Below are positions 1-9,485 of a stretch of 64,000 bases of DNA, one piece after another. The notes below the pieces were generated by a model. That model saw nothing but the letters and a program-made list of their open reading frames with translations. It did not search any database and was not told the DNA's origin. A program made the position numbers and the translations under genes. The DNA comes from Kiritimatiellia bacterium (GTDB lineage: Bacteria > Verrucomicrobiota > Kiritimatiellia > CAIKKV01): NCBI GenBank assembly GCA_046484345.1, contig JAWOJA010000007.1, positions 11,206 to 75,205 on the forward strand, given 5' to 3'. Within the stretch, counting starts at the first letter, position 1. Every line of letters starts with the position of its first letter.

Positions 1-737
1 CGCCCCTGCTCGAACGCCTGCTCGAAGCCGTGCGGAGCGTGCCGAGTGTCGAACTGATCCGCATCGGCACGCGCACGCCCGTGGTGTTGCCCATGCGTAT
101 CACCTCCGCGCTCACGTCCATGCTGAAGAAATACCAGCCGATCTGGATCAACACCCATTTCAACCATCCCCAGGAGCTGACCCCCGAAGCTATTGCCGCC
201 TGCGGCGCGCTGGTGGACGCCGGCATTCCAATGGGCAACCAGACCGTGCTGTTGCGCGGGGTGAACGACGATCCCGAGGTCATGGCCCAGCTCTGCCGCG
301 GCCTGTTGCGCGCGCGCGTGAAACCCTACTATCTCTTCCAGTGCGACCTGGTGCGCGGGGTGGAGCATTTCCGCACGCCGCTGACCAAGGGCCTGGAAAT
401 CATGGAATACCTGCGCGGCCGCGTGAGCGGGTTGGCCATTCCGACCTTTGTGGTCGACACCCCCCACGGCGGCGGCAAGGTTCCGTTGCTCCCCAACTAC
501 ATCGTCTCCATGAGCCCCACGCACACGGTGTTGCGGAACTTCGAGGGCATGATGATGAGTTACCCCGAGCCCCAGTATCGCGCCGCGGCCGAAGCCGCCC
601 CGGTTTCAGATTGCGGCGCCGCCCGGGGCGTGTGGCAGGTCAGCAACGGCCGCGTCTCGGCGCTCGTGCCGGCCGGCAGCGAGAGGACGACCCGGCGGGC
701 GCGGATGCAACTTCGGAAGCCCCTGTCCGATGTGTAA
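1..737 (+). CDS. kamA: Lysine 2,3-aminomutase (KamA/AblA-type radical SAM), 5'-truncated at window edge
   Basis: C-terminal 235 aa matches KamA, including the long KamA-type C-terminal extension (GGGK...NYI.S.S...VLRNFEG) that EpmB lacks. The ORF is open to position 1. Confidence 0.8.
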   Translation, partial: PLLERLLEAVRSVPSVELIRIGTRTPVVLPMRITSALTSMLKKYQPIWINTHFNHPQELTPEAIAACGALVDAGIPMGNQTVLLRGVNDDPEVMAQLCRGLLRARVKPYYLFQCDLVRGVEHFRTPLTKGLEIMEYLRGRVSGLAIPTFVVDTPHGGGKVPLLPNYIVSMSPTHTVLRNFEGMMMSYPEPQYRAAAEAAPVSDCGAARGVWQVSNGRVSALVPAGSERTTRRARMQLRKPLSDV

Positions 738-746
738 GCCGGGTTC

Positions 747-2270
747 ATGAAACGATTCAAAGAATCGGTCCTGCTGCTCTACAACGCCCCGCAATCCGAC
801 GCGGAAAGCGAACGTGGCATTTTGTACGAAGTGGCCGCTGTCGAAGCGGCTCTGGAGCATCTACACGTTCCGTTCGTCAAGGCCGGCCTCCAAGCGCTCA
901 CCGATTTGCCGGCCCTGCTGATCAGCTGCCCCGCCCGGGTGGTCATCAACCTTGTCGAAGGCTTTCCAAACCGGCCGGAGGATGCCAACCTGGTGCCGGG
1001 TGTGTGCCGCGCCTTCGGCCGCAGCGTCACCGGCAACGACCTGGGCGCGCTGGAACTTGCGCTGGACAAAAACGTGGCCAAGGCCGTTCTGGTGGCCGCC
1101 GGCGTACCCGTGCCGGCCGGCGGAGTGGTCGCTCCCGGCCGGGTCCTGTCCGAAGCCTCTTTTCCCGCCGGCACCTACATCGTCAAGCCCCTCCGCTCCG
1201 ACGGCAGCGAGGGCATCGACGCCCGTTCGGTGGTGGCCTGGCCGGGGCCGGAATTAACCGCCGCCGTGCGCCGCGTGCACGATCAATTCGGCCAGCCCGC
1301 CCTCGTGGAGACGTTCTGCGGCACCCGCGAATTTAACGTATCCCTTCTCCAGGTCGCGGATGAGCTGCGCTGCATGCCCGTGGCCGAAATCGCTTTCAAG
1401 GGGTTCGGGCCGGATCGTCCGCGCATTGTGGGCTATGAGGCCAAGTGGCGCCCCGATTCGTTTGAATTCACGAATACGACCCGTGTGCTGCCGGCCGAGG
1501 TGACCGCGGAACAGGCCGAACGCCTGTGCGAATGCGCCCGCGCGGCCTGGCAGGCGCTCGGTTGCCGCGATTACGCGCGCGTGGACCTGCGGATGGACGA
1601 GGCGGGGGAGCTGACTGTGATCGAGGTCAACCCCAATCCCGATGTCTCGCCGGATGCTGGGTTTGCCATGGCATTGAAGGCGGGCGGGGTGGCGTATTGC
1701 GATTTTGTGGAAATCCTTTTGAACAACGCCTTGATCCGGCTGGGGCCGGAAGAATCGGCCCCCGCCGGGACGAGCGCGGTTCCGGCGCACGGGTATCCGA
1801 TCCGACGCAGCGAACAGGCCGACCGGGATCGGGTGATGGAGATTATACGGGAAACCGGCTTTTTCCGGCCCGATGAAATCGAAATAGCCCGCGAGGTGCT
1901 GGACGACTCCCTGCGGGACGGCCCGGGCGGACATTATCAGTCCTTTGTGATCGAAGCGGACGGCCGCGTCACCGGCTGGGTTTGCTGCGGGCCCACGCCC
2001 TGCACGGTGGGAACCTGGGATGTTTATTGGATCGCGGTGGATCCGGATTATCAAAAAAGAAGCCTCGGGAAGGCCCTTTTGCAGCATGCCGAGTCGTGCA
2101 TTATGGAGCGGGGCGGCCGGATCAGTGTTCTGGAGACCTCCGGAAAATCGGATTATCTGCCCACCCGGGGCTTTTACCTCAAGTGCGGCTATGAGGAGTC
2201 GGCGGTCCTTCGCGATTATTACGCTCCCGGCGACGCGCTGGTCATCTATACCCGGCATCTCCAGGCGTAA
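747..2270 (+). CDS. ATP-grasp (D-Ala-D-Ala ligase-like) domain fused to C-terminal GNAT N-acetyltransferase; possible beta-lysine acetyltransferase (AblB/YodP-like) with extra ligase domain
   Basis: N-terminal ~330 aa has an ATP-grasp Ddl-like fold (VIEVNPNP...). C-terminal ~150 aa carries a GNAT motif (WIAVDPDYQKRSLGKALL). It lies 10 nt downstream of kamA on the same strand. Confidence 0.65.
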   Translation: MKRFKESVLLLYNAPQSDAESERGILYEVAAVEAALEHLHVPFVKAGLQALTDLPALLISCPARVVINLVEGFPNRPEDANLVPGVCRAFGRSVTGNDLGALELALDKNVAKAVLVAAGVPVPAGGVVAPGRVLSEASFPAGTYIVKPLRSDGSEGIDARSVVAWPGPELTAAVRRVHDQFGQPALVETFCGTREFNVSLLQVADELRCMPVAEIAFKGFGPDRPRIVGYEAKWRPDSFEFTNTTRVLPAEVTAEQAERLCECARAAWQALGCRDYARVDLRMDEAGELTVIEVNPNPDVSPDAGFAMALKAGGVAYCDFVEILLNNALIRLGPEESAPAGTSAVPAHGYPIRRSEQADRDRVMEIIRETGFFRPDEIEIAREVLDDSLRDGPGGHYQSFVIEADGRVTGWVCCGPTPCTVGTWDVYWIAVDPDYQKRSLGKALLQHAESCIMERGGRISVLETSGKSDYLPTRGFYLKCGYEESAVLRDYYAPGDALVIYTRHLQA

Positions 2271-2395
2271 GCATTTTAAGCTGGAACGAAACGGCCCTTT
2301 ACTCTATAAATATTCTCATAGCGCGTGTAGCGCCCGGTAGCTTCCGCTCAATGAGCGGTTCCGGAATAAAGCCAAAGTGCCGAGAAGGAGATCGC

Positions 2396-3733
2396 ATGTA
2401 CAAGGATAAATCGTTGTTTCGCCAGGTCGGTTTTTCGCTGATTTGCGCCGGTTTGCTGACGGCGGGTTGCAACCGCCAGAGTGAGACGACCAAGACCGAA
2501 GAGGCGGCCAAGCCCGCCGCCGCTCCCGAAGTCAAGGCCAGTGCCGCTGTCGATCCCGCCAAGGTCATGATCCAAATCGATGACAAGAAGATCACCGAAG
2601 GAGAGCTGACCAAGCAGGCCGCCGAACAGTACGAGCAGGTGGCCGCCATGGTCCCCCCGGAGCAGTCCGAGACCTACCGCAACCAAATGCGCGTCCAGGC
2701 CGCCCAGTCGTTCATCATCACCACGCTGCTGGAAAACGAAGCCACCAAGCGCAACATCACGGTCAATGAGGCCGATATCGAAAAGGCCATCGCCGATATC
2801 ACCAAGCGTCTCCCCGCGGATATGAACTTGGAGAAGGTGCTCGAAAAGGAGGGCATGACCCCCGAGACCTTCCGTGACCGTTTGAAAAAGGATCTTCGCA
2901 TCAAGAAGTTGTTCGATGTGGAGATGGATAAGGCCGGTCCGATTGCGGACAAGGAAGTCGCCGATTTCTACGCCAAACAGAAATCCGCCTTCGAAGTGCC
3001 CGAGCAGGTGACCGCCCGCCACATCCTCATCAAGGTGGATGAAAAGGACGATGAGGCCGCGAAGGCTGCCAAGAAGGGCAAGATCGAGGATCTGAAGAAG
3101 AAGATCGAAGCCGGCGCCGATTTCGCGACCCTCGCCAAGGAAAATTCCGACTGCCCTTCCGCCAAAGAGGGCGGCTCGCTGCCCAAGTTCGGCCGCGGCC
3201 AGATGGTGCCCGCGTTCGAGGAAGCCGCTTTCACGCAGGCCACGAATGTGGTGGGCCCGATTGTCGAGACCCAGTTTGGCTATCACCTCGTCCAGGTGAT
3301 CGAGAAGGACGCCGGGTCCACGCGCTCCCTCGAGGACGTCAAGGAGCAGATTCTCGACTACCTCAAAATGATGAAGAGCCGCACGATCATCCCGCCGTTC
3401 ATCGACAGCCTGCGCGCCAATGCCAAGGTGACCATCGACCCTGAGCTGGATGAAGAAATCCAGGCCCAGAAGCTGGCTGACGAAGCCCGTCAAGCTGCCT
3501 CCATGCAGGGCGACGAGGGCGACGAGGGTGAAGAGGGCGAAGAGCAGGAAGAAGAAGTTCAGGCTCCGGCCGTTGAACCGGCCCCGGAAGCCCCGGAAGC
3601 CCCGGAAGCCCCGGCGGCCCCGGAAGCCCCGGCGGCCCCGGAAGCCCCGGCGGCTCCGGAAGCCCCGGCGGCTCCGGAAGCCCCGGCGGCTCCGGCTCCG
3701 GCCGTCGAGGCCGTCCCGCCAGCGGCGAAATAA
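2396..3733 (+). CDS. Parvulin-type peptidyl-prolyl isomerase lipoprotein (PrsA/SurA-like) with acidic Pro/Ala-rich repeat tail
   Basis: RBS AAGGAG lies 7 nt before the ATG at 2396. Lipobox LLTAGC. Rotamase domain (ARHILIKV...FGYHLVQV). C-terminal (PEAPAA)n repeat. Confidence 0.75.
   Translation: MYKDKSLFRQVGFSLICAGLLTAGCNRQSETTKTEEAAKPAAAPEVKASAAVDPAKVMIQIDDKKITEGELTKQAAEQYEQVAAMVPPEQSETYRNQMRVQAAQSFIITTLLENEATKRNITVNEADIEKAIADITKRLPADMNLEKVLEKEGMTPETFRDRLKKDLRIKKLFDVEMDKAGPIADKEVADFYAKQKSAFEVPEQVTARHILIKVDEKDDEAAKAAKKGKIEDLKKKIEAGADFATLAKENSDCPSAKEGGSLPKFGRGQMVPAFEEAAFTQATNVVGPIVETQFGYHLVQVIEKDAGSTRSLEDVKEQILDYLKMMKSRTIIPPFIDSLRANAKVTIDPELDEEIQAQKLADEARQAASMQGDEGDEGEEGEEQEEEVQAPAVEPAPEAPEAPEAPAAPEAPAAPEAPAAPEAPAAPEAPAAPAPAVEAVPPAAK
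3581..3700 (+). repeat. In-frame tandem repeat (9/18-nt units gccccggaa / gccccggcggccccggaa) encoding PEAPEAPAAPEAPAA within the PPIase tail
   Basis: About 7 near-identical tandem copies, read directly from the sequence. Confidence 0.8.
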
Positions 3734-3736
3734 GGC

Positions 3737-4399
3737 GTGCCGCGACGGTTGTTTATCTTCGATCTGGACGGCACGCTGGTTGACTCCGCCGCCGATTTGG
3801 CGACAGCTGTCAACCTGACCCGGGCCGCGTTTGGGCTCGGTCCGATATCCGCGACTACCGTGACCGGTTACGTGGGCGATGGCATCCGCATGCTCATGGT
3901 TCGTGCGCTCCAAGACTGTCCTGACGCGGATATCGAACGGGCCGTGAATTTCCAGAAGGCCTATTATCTGGCCCATCTGTGCGATCAAACACGGTCCTAC
4001 GATGGGGTCAGGGAAGGCCTGGCCCATCTGCGCGTCCGCGGACATGTTCTGGCCGTAGCCACCAACAAGCCGGTGGATGTCACCGAAACGTTGCTGGCCG
4101 ATCTGAAGATGCGTCACCTTTTCGATGCAGTCTATGGGGGCGGCAGCGTGCCGGAGCTCAAACCGCATCCCGCCATGCTGGAAGCCGCCATGACCGGACT
4201 GGGATTCGGCCGACCGGACAGCTGGATGGTGGGGGATAACCGGACGGACTTGGAATCGGCGCGCCGCGCCGGGATCCGCTCGGTCCTGATGCGCTACGGC
4301 ATGGGCCGTTCGGACCCGGAAAAACCGGATTTGGCGTTCGACACGTTTTCAGAATTCGTGACACATTTTGAACCGGACTTCCGGGGGGATCAGAGATGA
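3737..4399 (+). CDS. HAD-superfamily hydrolase, phosphoglycolate phosphatase-like
   Basis: Motif I FDLDGTLVDS and the remaining HAD motifs are present. GTG start 3 nt after the PPIase stop. Confidence 0.7.
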   Translation: MPRRLFIFDLDGTLVDSAADLATAVNLTRAAFGLGPISATTVTGYVGDGIRMLMVRALQDCPDADIERAVNFQKAYYLAHLCDQTRSYDGVREGLAHLRVRGHVLAVATNKPVDVTETLLADLKMRHLFDAVYGGGSVPELKPHPAMLEAAMTGLGFGRPDSWMVGDNRTDLESARRAGIRSVLMRYGMGRSDPEKPDLAFDTFSEFVTHFEPDFRGDQR

Positions 4400-5499
4400 A
4401 AAAGCCATCGACCGTATATTTTGCATCCGTCGGCGTTGCCCGCCCCGAAGGCTCGGCAACCCTGCCCGCGAAGCTTCAGCGGATGCTGGCGCAATTCGAT
4501 CTCAAGGAGCTCAGCCAGGGCCAGGCCGTGCCCATCAAGATGCACCTGGGTGGAAACCTGGGCTATTCCACCATTCATCCTTTGCTGGTGCGCATGGTGG
4601 TCAATGCCGTCAAGGCCGCCGGCGGCAAACCGTTCGTGGTGGAAGCCGGCTTCGGCACCGTCGCCGCCGCGGCGGACCGCGGCTATACGGCCGAAACCCT
4701 CGGATGCCCCATCGTCGCGGCCGGCGGCCCGTATGACGCATACGTGGTGGAGCGCGAGGTCGGTTTCCGCCAGCTCGACAAGCTCCGCATTTACGGCACG
4801 ATCTGGGATGCCCCCTGCCTGATCAACCTCTCCCACGTCAAGGGCCATGGCGCCTGCGGTTACGGCGGCGCCTGCAAGAACATTGCCATGGGCTGTGTCG
4901 ATGCGAAAACGCGCGTCAAGATTCACGCCCTCGAGGGCGGGATCGATTGGGACAAGAACGCCTGCCTATTTTGCGGCCGTTGCGTGAAGGCGTGCGACAG
5001 CGACGCCATCACGCTCGACAAGAAGAAGAAATCCCTCGATATCTTTTTCCACAATTGCCGCTTCTGCCGCCACTGCGTGGCCGCCTGTCCCACGAAGGCG
5101 CTCGTCATGCGCGAGGAAAGCGGGTTCCGCTATTTCCAGGAAGGCATGGCGTTGACCACGAAAACGGTGCTGGATTCCTTCAAGCCGGGCCGCGTGCTGC
5201 ACATCAACGTGCTCACTCAGATCACTATGTTCTGCGATTGCTGGGGCATCACCACGCCCAGCCTGGTGCCGGACATCGGGATCATGGGGTCCACGGACAT
5301 GGTGGCGCTGGAAACGGCCTGCCTGAACGCCATCAAGACGGAGAACCTGATTCCCGGCTCCATCATCGGCAAGCGGAAAATGAGCAAGGGCTCGCATCTT
5401 TTTGAGCGGATTCACGGCAAGGATCCCTGGCTGCAGGTCAAGGCCCTGGAGGCGCACGGCGTCGGCTCCCGGAAGCACGTGGTCAAGGAAGTGGGCTGA
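4396..5499 (+). CDS. DUF362-domain protein with two 4Fe-4S ferredoxin motifs
   Basis: CxxCxxCxxxCP motifs (CLFCGRCVKACD, CRFCRHCVAACP). ATGA overlap with the upstream gene. Confidence 0.6.
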   Translation: MKKPSTVYFASVGVARPEGSATLPAKLQRMLAQFDLKELSQGQAVPIKMHLGGNLGYSTIHPLLVRMVVNAVKAAGGKPFVVEAGFGTVAAAADRGYTAETLGCPIVAAGGPYDAYVVEREVGFRQLDKLRIYGTIWDAPCLINLSHVKGHGACGYGGACKNIAMGCVDAKTRVKIHALEGGIDWDKNACLFCGRCVKACDSDAITLDKKKKSLDIFFHNCRFCRHCVAACPTKALVMREESGFRYFQEGMALTTKTVLDSFKPGRVLHINVLTQITMFCDCWGITTPSLVPDIGIMGSTDMVALETACLNAIKTENLIPGSIIGKRKMSKGSHLFERIHGKDPWLQVKALEAHGVGSRKHVVKEVG

Positions 5500-5516
5500 T
5501 CCGCGAAGGAGGACGC

Positions 5517-6038
5517 ATGAGCAGGTGGGATGATACATATCCGGGCGCGAAGATCACTCTCGGGGTTGCCACGGGGTTCGGCCTCGGCTTGAGCCGTTTC
5601 GCCTCCGGTACGGCGGGCTCCCTGCCGGGCTTGCCGCTGGCGTGGGCTTTGGCGGGCCTGACCGTGAACTGGCAGATCGCGGCCGCCCTGGCCCTGGCCA
5701 CCCTGGCTGTTCCCTTTTGCGATTACGCCGAAAAATGGTTCAGGCGCAAGGACGATGGCCGGATCGTGGCCGACGAATACCTGACCTTTCCGCTCTGTGT
5801 GATCGGGTTGCCGCTGCAAGAGGAACCCCTGCTTCTGGTCGTTGCCTTCTGCTTCGCCCGGCTTTTTGACATCCTCAAGCCTTGGCCCGCGAGGGGGTTG
5901 CAGTCGCTTTCGGGCGGCTATGGGATCGTCATCGACGATGTGTTCGCCTCCCTGTACGCCCTGGCCGGCAACTGGCTCTTTTACCTTTTCGCCTATCCGC
6001 TCGTGAAGACCTGGATTGCCCGGTATTGGGCGTTCTGA
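5517..6038 (+). CDS. pgpA: Phosphatidylglycerophosphatase A
   Basis: Similarity to PgpA (GFGLGLS...GTAGSL; LKPWP...GGxGIVIDDV). RBS GAAGGAGG. Confidence 0.75.
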   Translation: MSRWDDTYPGAKITLGVATGFGLGLSRFASGTAGSLPGLPLAWALAGLTVNWQIAAALALATLAVPFCDYAEKWFRRKDDGRIVADEYLTFPLCVIGLPLQEEPLLLVVAFCFARLFDILKPWPARGLQSLSGGYGIVIDDVFASLYALAGNWLFYLFAYPLVKTWIARYWAF

Positions 6039-6050
6039 TCCGGAGGATGC

Positions 6051-6926
6051 ATGAAAGCGGCGTTGCGGTTCCGGATGGCCGGCCTATTTCTGATGGCGGC
6101 CTTCGCGGCTGTCCCTGTTCCGGCGGCCTCTCCCCTGGTCCTTCAGGTCTTTTCCAACGCCACGCTGGTGGCCGATCACCCGGCCAATGACGGCGACAGC
6201 TTCCTGGTGACGGCGGGCGGCGTGCGCCACCATCTTCGTTTGTATTATGCGGACTGTCCCGAATCGCGCGCCACGCAGGAGTCCGATTTCAAGCGCGTGC
6301 GCGAGCAGCGCCGCTACTTCGGCCTCCCCGGCGAAGCCCGGGTGATCGATTTCGGCCGCCAGGCCTCCGCCTTCAGCCGGCAGGCGCTCGCCCGGCCGTT
6401 CGTATTCCATACGGCCTTTGTGAATGCTTTGGGGCGCAGCCAGGACAAGCGTTACTACGCCTTCATCCGCACGGCGGACGGGCAGGATCTGGCCGAACTG
6501 CTGGTCCGGGCCGGCCTCGCCAGGGCCTACGGCATGGGTCGCGAAACGCCCTCCGGCCAGGCCCAGAACGAGTATAAGGCCTGGATGGGGGACCTCGAGG
6601 CCGCCGCCATGCTGAAGCGCCGGGGGGTCTGGGCGGAGTCGGATCCGGATCAGATCGTCGCGCTCCGGGCGGAGCGCCGGCGGGAGGACCAGGAGCTGGA
6701 TACCATTCGCGAAACGCTCAAGGCCGCCGATTCGGCGGGACAGCCGCGAATCAACCTGAACAGCGCCGCGTTGGAGCAGTTGATGGATCTTCCGGGCGTG
6801 GGCGAAGCGACCGCCCGGCGCATCCGGGACGGGCGGCCGTGGAAATCCTGGGAGGCGCTCGACCGGTTGAAGGGCGTGGGGCCCGCCACGCTGGCGCAAT
6901 GGCGGGAGCGCGCGGTTCTGGAATGA
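6051..6926 (+). CDS. Secreted thermonuclease (SNase-like) with C-terminal ComEA-type helix-hairpin-helix DNA-binding domain
   Basis: Signal peptide. SNase core (GDSFLV...VRHHLRLYYADCPE). C-terminal tandem HhH (LMDLPGVGEATARRI...LKGVGPATL). Confidence 0.6.
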   Translation: MKAALRFRMAGLFLMAAFAAVPVPAASPLVLQVFSNATLVADHPANDGDSFLVTAGGVRHHLRLYYADCPESRATQESDFKRVREQRRYFGLPGEARVIDFGRQASAFSRQALARPFVFHTAFVNALGRSQDKRYYAFIRTADGQDLAELLVRAGLARAYGMGRETPSGQAQNEYKAWMGDLEAAAMLKRRGVWAESDPDQIVALRAERRREDQELDTIRETLKAADSAGQPRINLNSAALEQLMDLPGVGEATARRIRDGRPWKSWEALDRLKGVGPATLAQWRERAVLE

Positions 6927-9463
6927 GCCGCGAACTGCCCATCTTCGAACTGGAGAGCGAGCTTGTCCGGGAGGCCGGCCGCTCAAGGCGCTTCATTCTG
7001 ACCGCCCCCACGGGTTCCGGAAAATCCACGCAGGTGCCCCAGATGCTGGTGGACCGGGGCCTGGCCGACCACGGCGAAGTGGTTATTCTTCAACCCCGGC
7101 GCCTGGCCGCGCGGCTTCTCGCCGCGCGCGTGGCGCGCGAGCGCGATGGGCGGCTCGGCGGCGAAGTGGGCTACCGGATCCGGTTTGACGATGTGACCTC
7201 CGCGGAGACGCGGATCGTCTACGTCACCGAGGGCATTCTCCTGCGCCGCATCCTGGCCGACCCCTTGCTGAAGGGAGTCAGCGCGGTTCTCTTCGATGAA
7301 TTTCACGAGCGGCACCTGTATGGCGATGTCACGCTGGGCATGGTGCTGCGCCTCCAGGAAACGACCCGGCCCGATCTGCTGCTGGGCGTGATGTCCGCCA
7401 CCCTGGAGATTGCTCCGCTGAAGGCGCGCCTGGGGGACTGTCCCGTATTGACCGCCCGCGGCCGGCTCTATCCGGTCGATATTCGTTACCTCGACCGGGC
7501 CCCCGATCCCCGGCGCACCCCCCCCTGGGAGGCGGCGGCCGACGCCCTGGAGTCGCTGGTTGGCGAGGGCGTGCCCGGCGATGCGCTGGTGTTCATGCCC
7601 GGCGCTTATGAAATCGGGCGGACCCTCCAGGCACTCCAGGCCCGCTCCTGCACGCGCGGGTTCGCCCTGCTGCCTCTGCACGGCGAATTGTCCGCCGACG
7701 CCCAGGACGCGGCCGTGGCGCGAAGCGAACGCCGCAAGATCGTGGTGGCCACCAATGTGGCGGAAACGTCCCTCACCATCGACGGCGTGCGGATGGTGAT
7801 CGACAGCGGCCTGGCCCGCGTGCCGCGCTACGATCCGTGGCGGGGCATTAACACGCTTCTGGTGGAATCGATCAGCCGCGCCTCTTCGGACCAGCGCGCC
7901 GGCCGCGCGGGCCGCACCGCCCCCGGCGTCTGCATGCGGCTGTGGACCGAGCGGGAGCAGGCGGGCCGGCCCGCGGCGGAGCTTCCCGAAGTGAGGCGGG
8001 TCGACCTTTCCGAAGCCGTGCTGCTGCTGAAGGCGGCGGGCGTGGGGGAGCTGCGCGACTTCCCCTGGATCGATCCGCCCGAGGAAAAGGCGCTGACGCG
8101 CGCCCAGACCTTGCTCGACGACGCGGGGGCGATCGAGGGACCGGCGGGCGGGATTACGGAACTGGGCCGGCGCATGGCGGCCTTTCCGATGCATCCGCGC
8201 TATTCCCGCATGCTGCTGGCGGCGGAGCAGTTCGGCTGCGTGCGCGAGGCGGCCTGGATTGCGGCGCTGACCGAGGGGCGTCACCTGCTGGTCCGGCGCA
8301 CCGACGCCGACACCGAGGAGCGGCGCGATCGTTCGCTGGGCGAGGAGTCGGACTCTGATTTTGCCCTCATGATCCGGGCCTGGCGGCACGCCCAGGATGC
8401 CGGCTACGCGTTGGAGGCCTGTCGCCGCCTCGGCATTCACGCCCAGGCCGCCCGGCAGGCGGGCGCCACGGCGGACCTGTTTTTGAGGCTCGCCCGCCGG
8501 GCGGGACTGCGCATCGCCGATGCCGAAGCGGATCCCGAGGCTGTGGCGCGCTGCGTGCTGACGGCCTTTCCCGACCATGTGGCGAAGCGGTTTGACGGCG
8601 GAACCCTGCGCTGCCAGATCGTGCACGGGCGGCGCGGGATGCTGGCGCGCGAGAGCGCCGTGCGCGGCTCGCCCCTGCTCGTGGCCGCGGAGATCCGCGA
8701 GATCGAGGCCGGCCGCGGCGAGATCGAGGTGCGCCTCAGCCTGGCGGTGGCGATCCGCCAGGAGTGGCTCGAGGCCCTCTTTCCGCGCCATTTCACCCGG
8801 CAGGTCCGCGTCGCCTGGGATGCGGCGGCCAAGCGCGTGACGGCGGAGGAGGAATGGCGGTACCACGACCTGGTGCTGGAGAGCCGGCGCCTCGACCGGC
8901 CGCCCGCGGAGGAGGCCGCCGCCGTGCTCGCGGAGGAGGCGGTCAAGGGGCGCCTGGTGCTGCAGGGCTGGGACCATGCCGTGGAACAATGGATCCTGCG
9001 GGTCGATTTTCTGGCCCGTGTTTGTCCCGATTTTGATCTTCCCCCGTTCGGCGCGGCCGAACGGGAGTTCTTGATCCGACAGTTGTGCCTGGGTTCGGCC
9101 TCCTACAAGGAGATCAAGGACAAGCCCGCCCTGCCGGTGGTGCGCGACTGGCTCTCCGGCGCTCAGCGCGCGCTGGTGGAGCGCCATGCCCCCGAGCGGA
9201 TCGAGCTGGCGAACGGGAAGCGGGCGAAAGTGGTTTACGCCGCTGGTGCCCCGCCGCATATTGCCATGCGCATCCAGGAGCTTTACGGGGTGAACACGAC
9301 GCCCACGATCGCCATGGGCCGCGCGCCGCTGCAGGTGCAGATTCTCGCGCCCAGCCATCGGCCCGTGCAGATCACCCAGGATTTGCGAGGCTTCTGGCGC
9401 GATGCGTATCCCAAGATCAAGCAGGAACTCCAGCGGAAATATCCGCGGCATGAATGGCGGTAA
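6923..9463 (+). CDS. hrpB: ATP-dependent RNA helicase HrpB (DEAH-box)
   Basis: Walker A TAPTGSGKST. DEAH motif (FDEFHER). HrpB C-terminal domain. Start ATG overlaps the upstream stop (ATGA). Confidence 0.85.
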   Translation: MSRELPIFELESELVREAGRSRRFILTAPTGSGKSTQVPQMLVDRGLADHGEVVILQPRRLAARLLAARVARERDGRLGGEVGYRIRFDDVTSAETRIVYVTEGILLRRILADPLLKGVSAVLFDEFHERHLYGDVTLGMVLRLQETTRPDLLLGVMSATLEIAPLKARLGDCPVLTARGRLYPVDIRYLDRAPDPRRTPPWEAAADALESLVGEGVPGDALVFMPGAYEIGRTLQALQARSCTRGFALLPLHGELSADAQDAAVARSERRKIVVATNVAETSLTIDGVRMVIDSGLARVPRYDPWRGINTLLVESISRASSDQRAGRAGRTAPGVCMRLWTEREQAGRPAAELPEVRRVDLSEAVLLLKAAGVGELRDFPWIDPPEEKALTRAQTLLDDAGAIEGPAGGITELGRRMAAFPMHPRYSRMLLAAEQFGCVREAAWIAALTEGRHLLVRRTDADTEERRDRSLGEESDSDFALMIRAWRHAQDAGYALEACRRLGIHAQAARQAGATADLFLRLARRAGLRIADAEADPEAVARCVLTAFPDHVAKRFDGGTLRCQIVHGRRGMLARESAVRGSPLLVAAEIREIEAGRGEIEVRLSLAVAIRQEWLEALFPRHFTRQVRVAWDAAAKRVTAEEEWRYHDLVLESRRLDRPPAEEAAAVLAEEAVKGRLVLQGWDHAVEQWILRVDFLARVCPDFDLPPFGAAEREFLIRQLCLGSASYKEIKDKPALPVVRDWLSGAQRALVERHAPERIELANGKRAKVVYAAGAPPHIAMRIQELYGVNTTPTIAMGRAPLQVQILAPSHRPVQITQDLRGFWRDAYPKIKQELQRKYPRHEWR

Positions 9464-9485
9464 GTAAAGCCGTTCGCGGCCCGGA

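Noticed and set aside
341-1336. 331-aa plus-strand ORF in an alternative frame across the kamA/ATP-grasp junction, together with other long alt-frame ORFs (11983-13356 minus, 47538 upstream extension, 50332-51219 plus, 52264-53898 plus, 60303 upstream extension of purM)
   Set aside because: These overlap well-supported genes in other frames, have Arg/Pro/Gly-rich composition typical of out-of-frame high-GC translation, and lack motifs.
3581-3700. Possible CRISPR-like array from regular 18-nt repeats
   Set aside because: The repeats are contiguous with no spacers, are in-frame coding sequence of the PPIase tail, and no cas genes are present.
2348-4168. 606-aa minus-strand ORF overlapping the PPIase and HAD genes
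   Set aside because: Antisense to two well-supported genes. Its repetitive RRGFRS stretch is just the reverse translation of the PEAPAA DNA repeat. Typical high-GC stop-codon-poor artefact.
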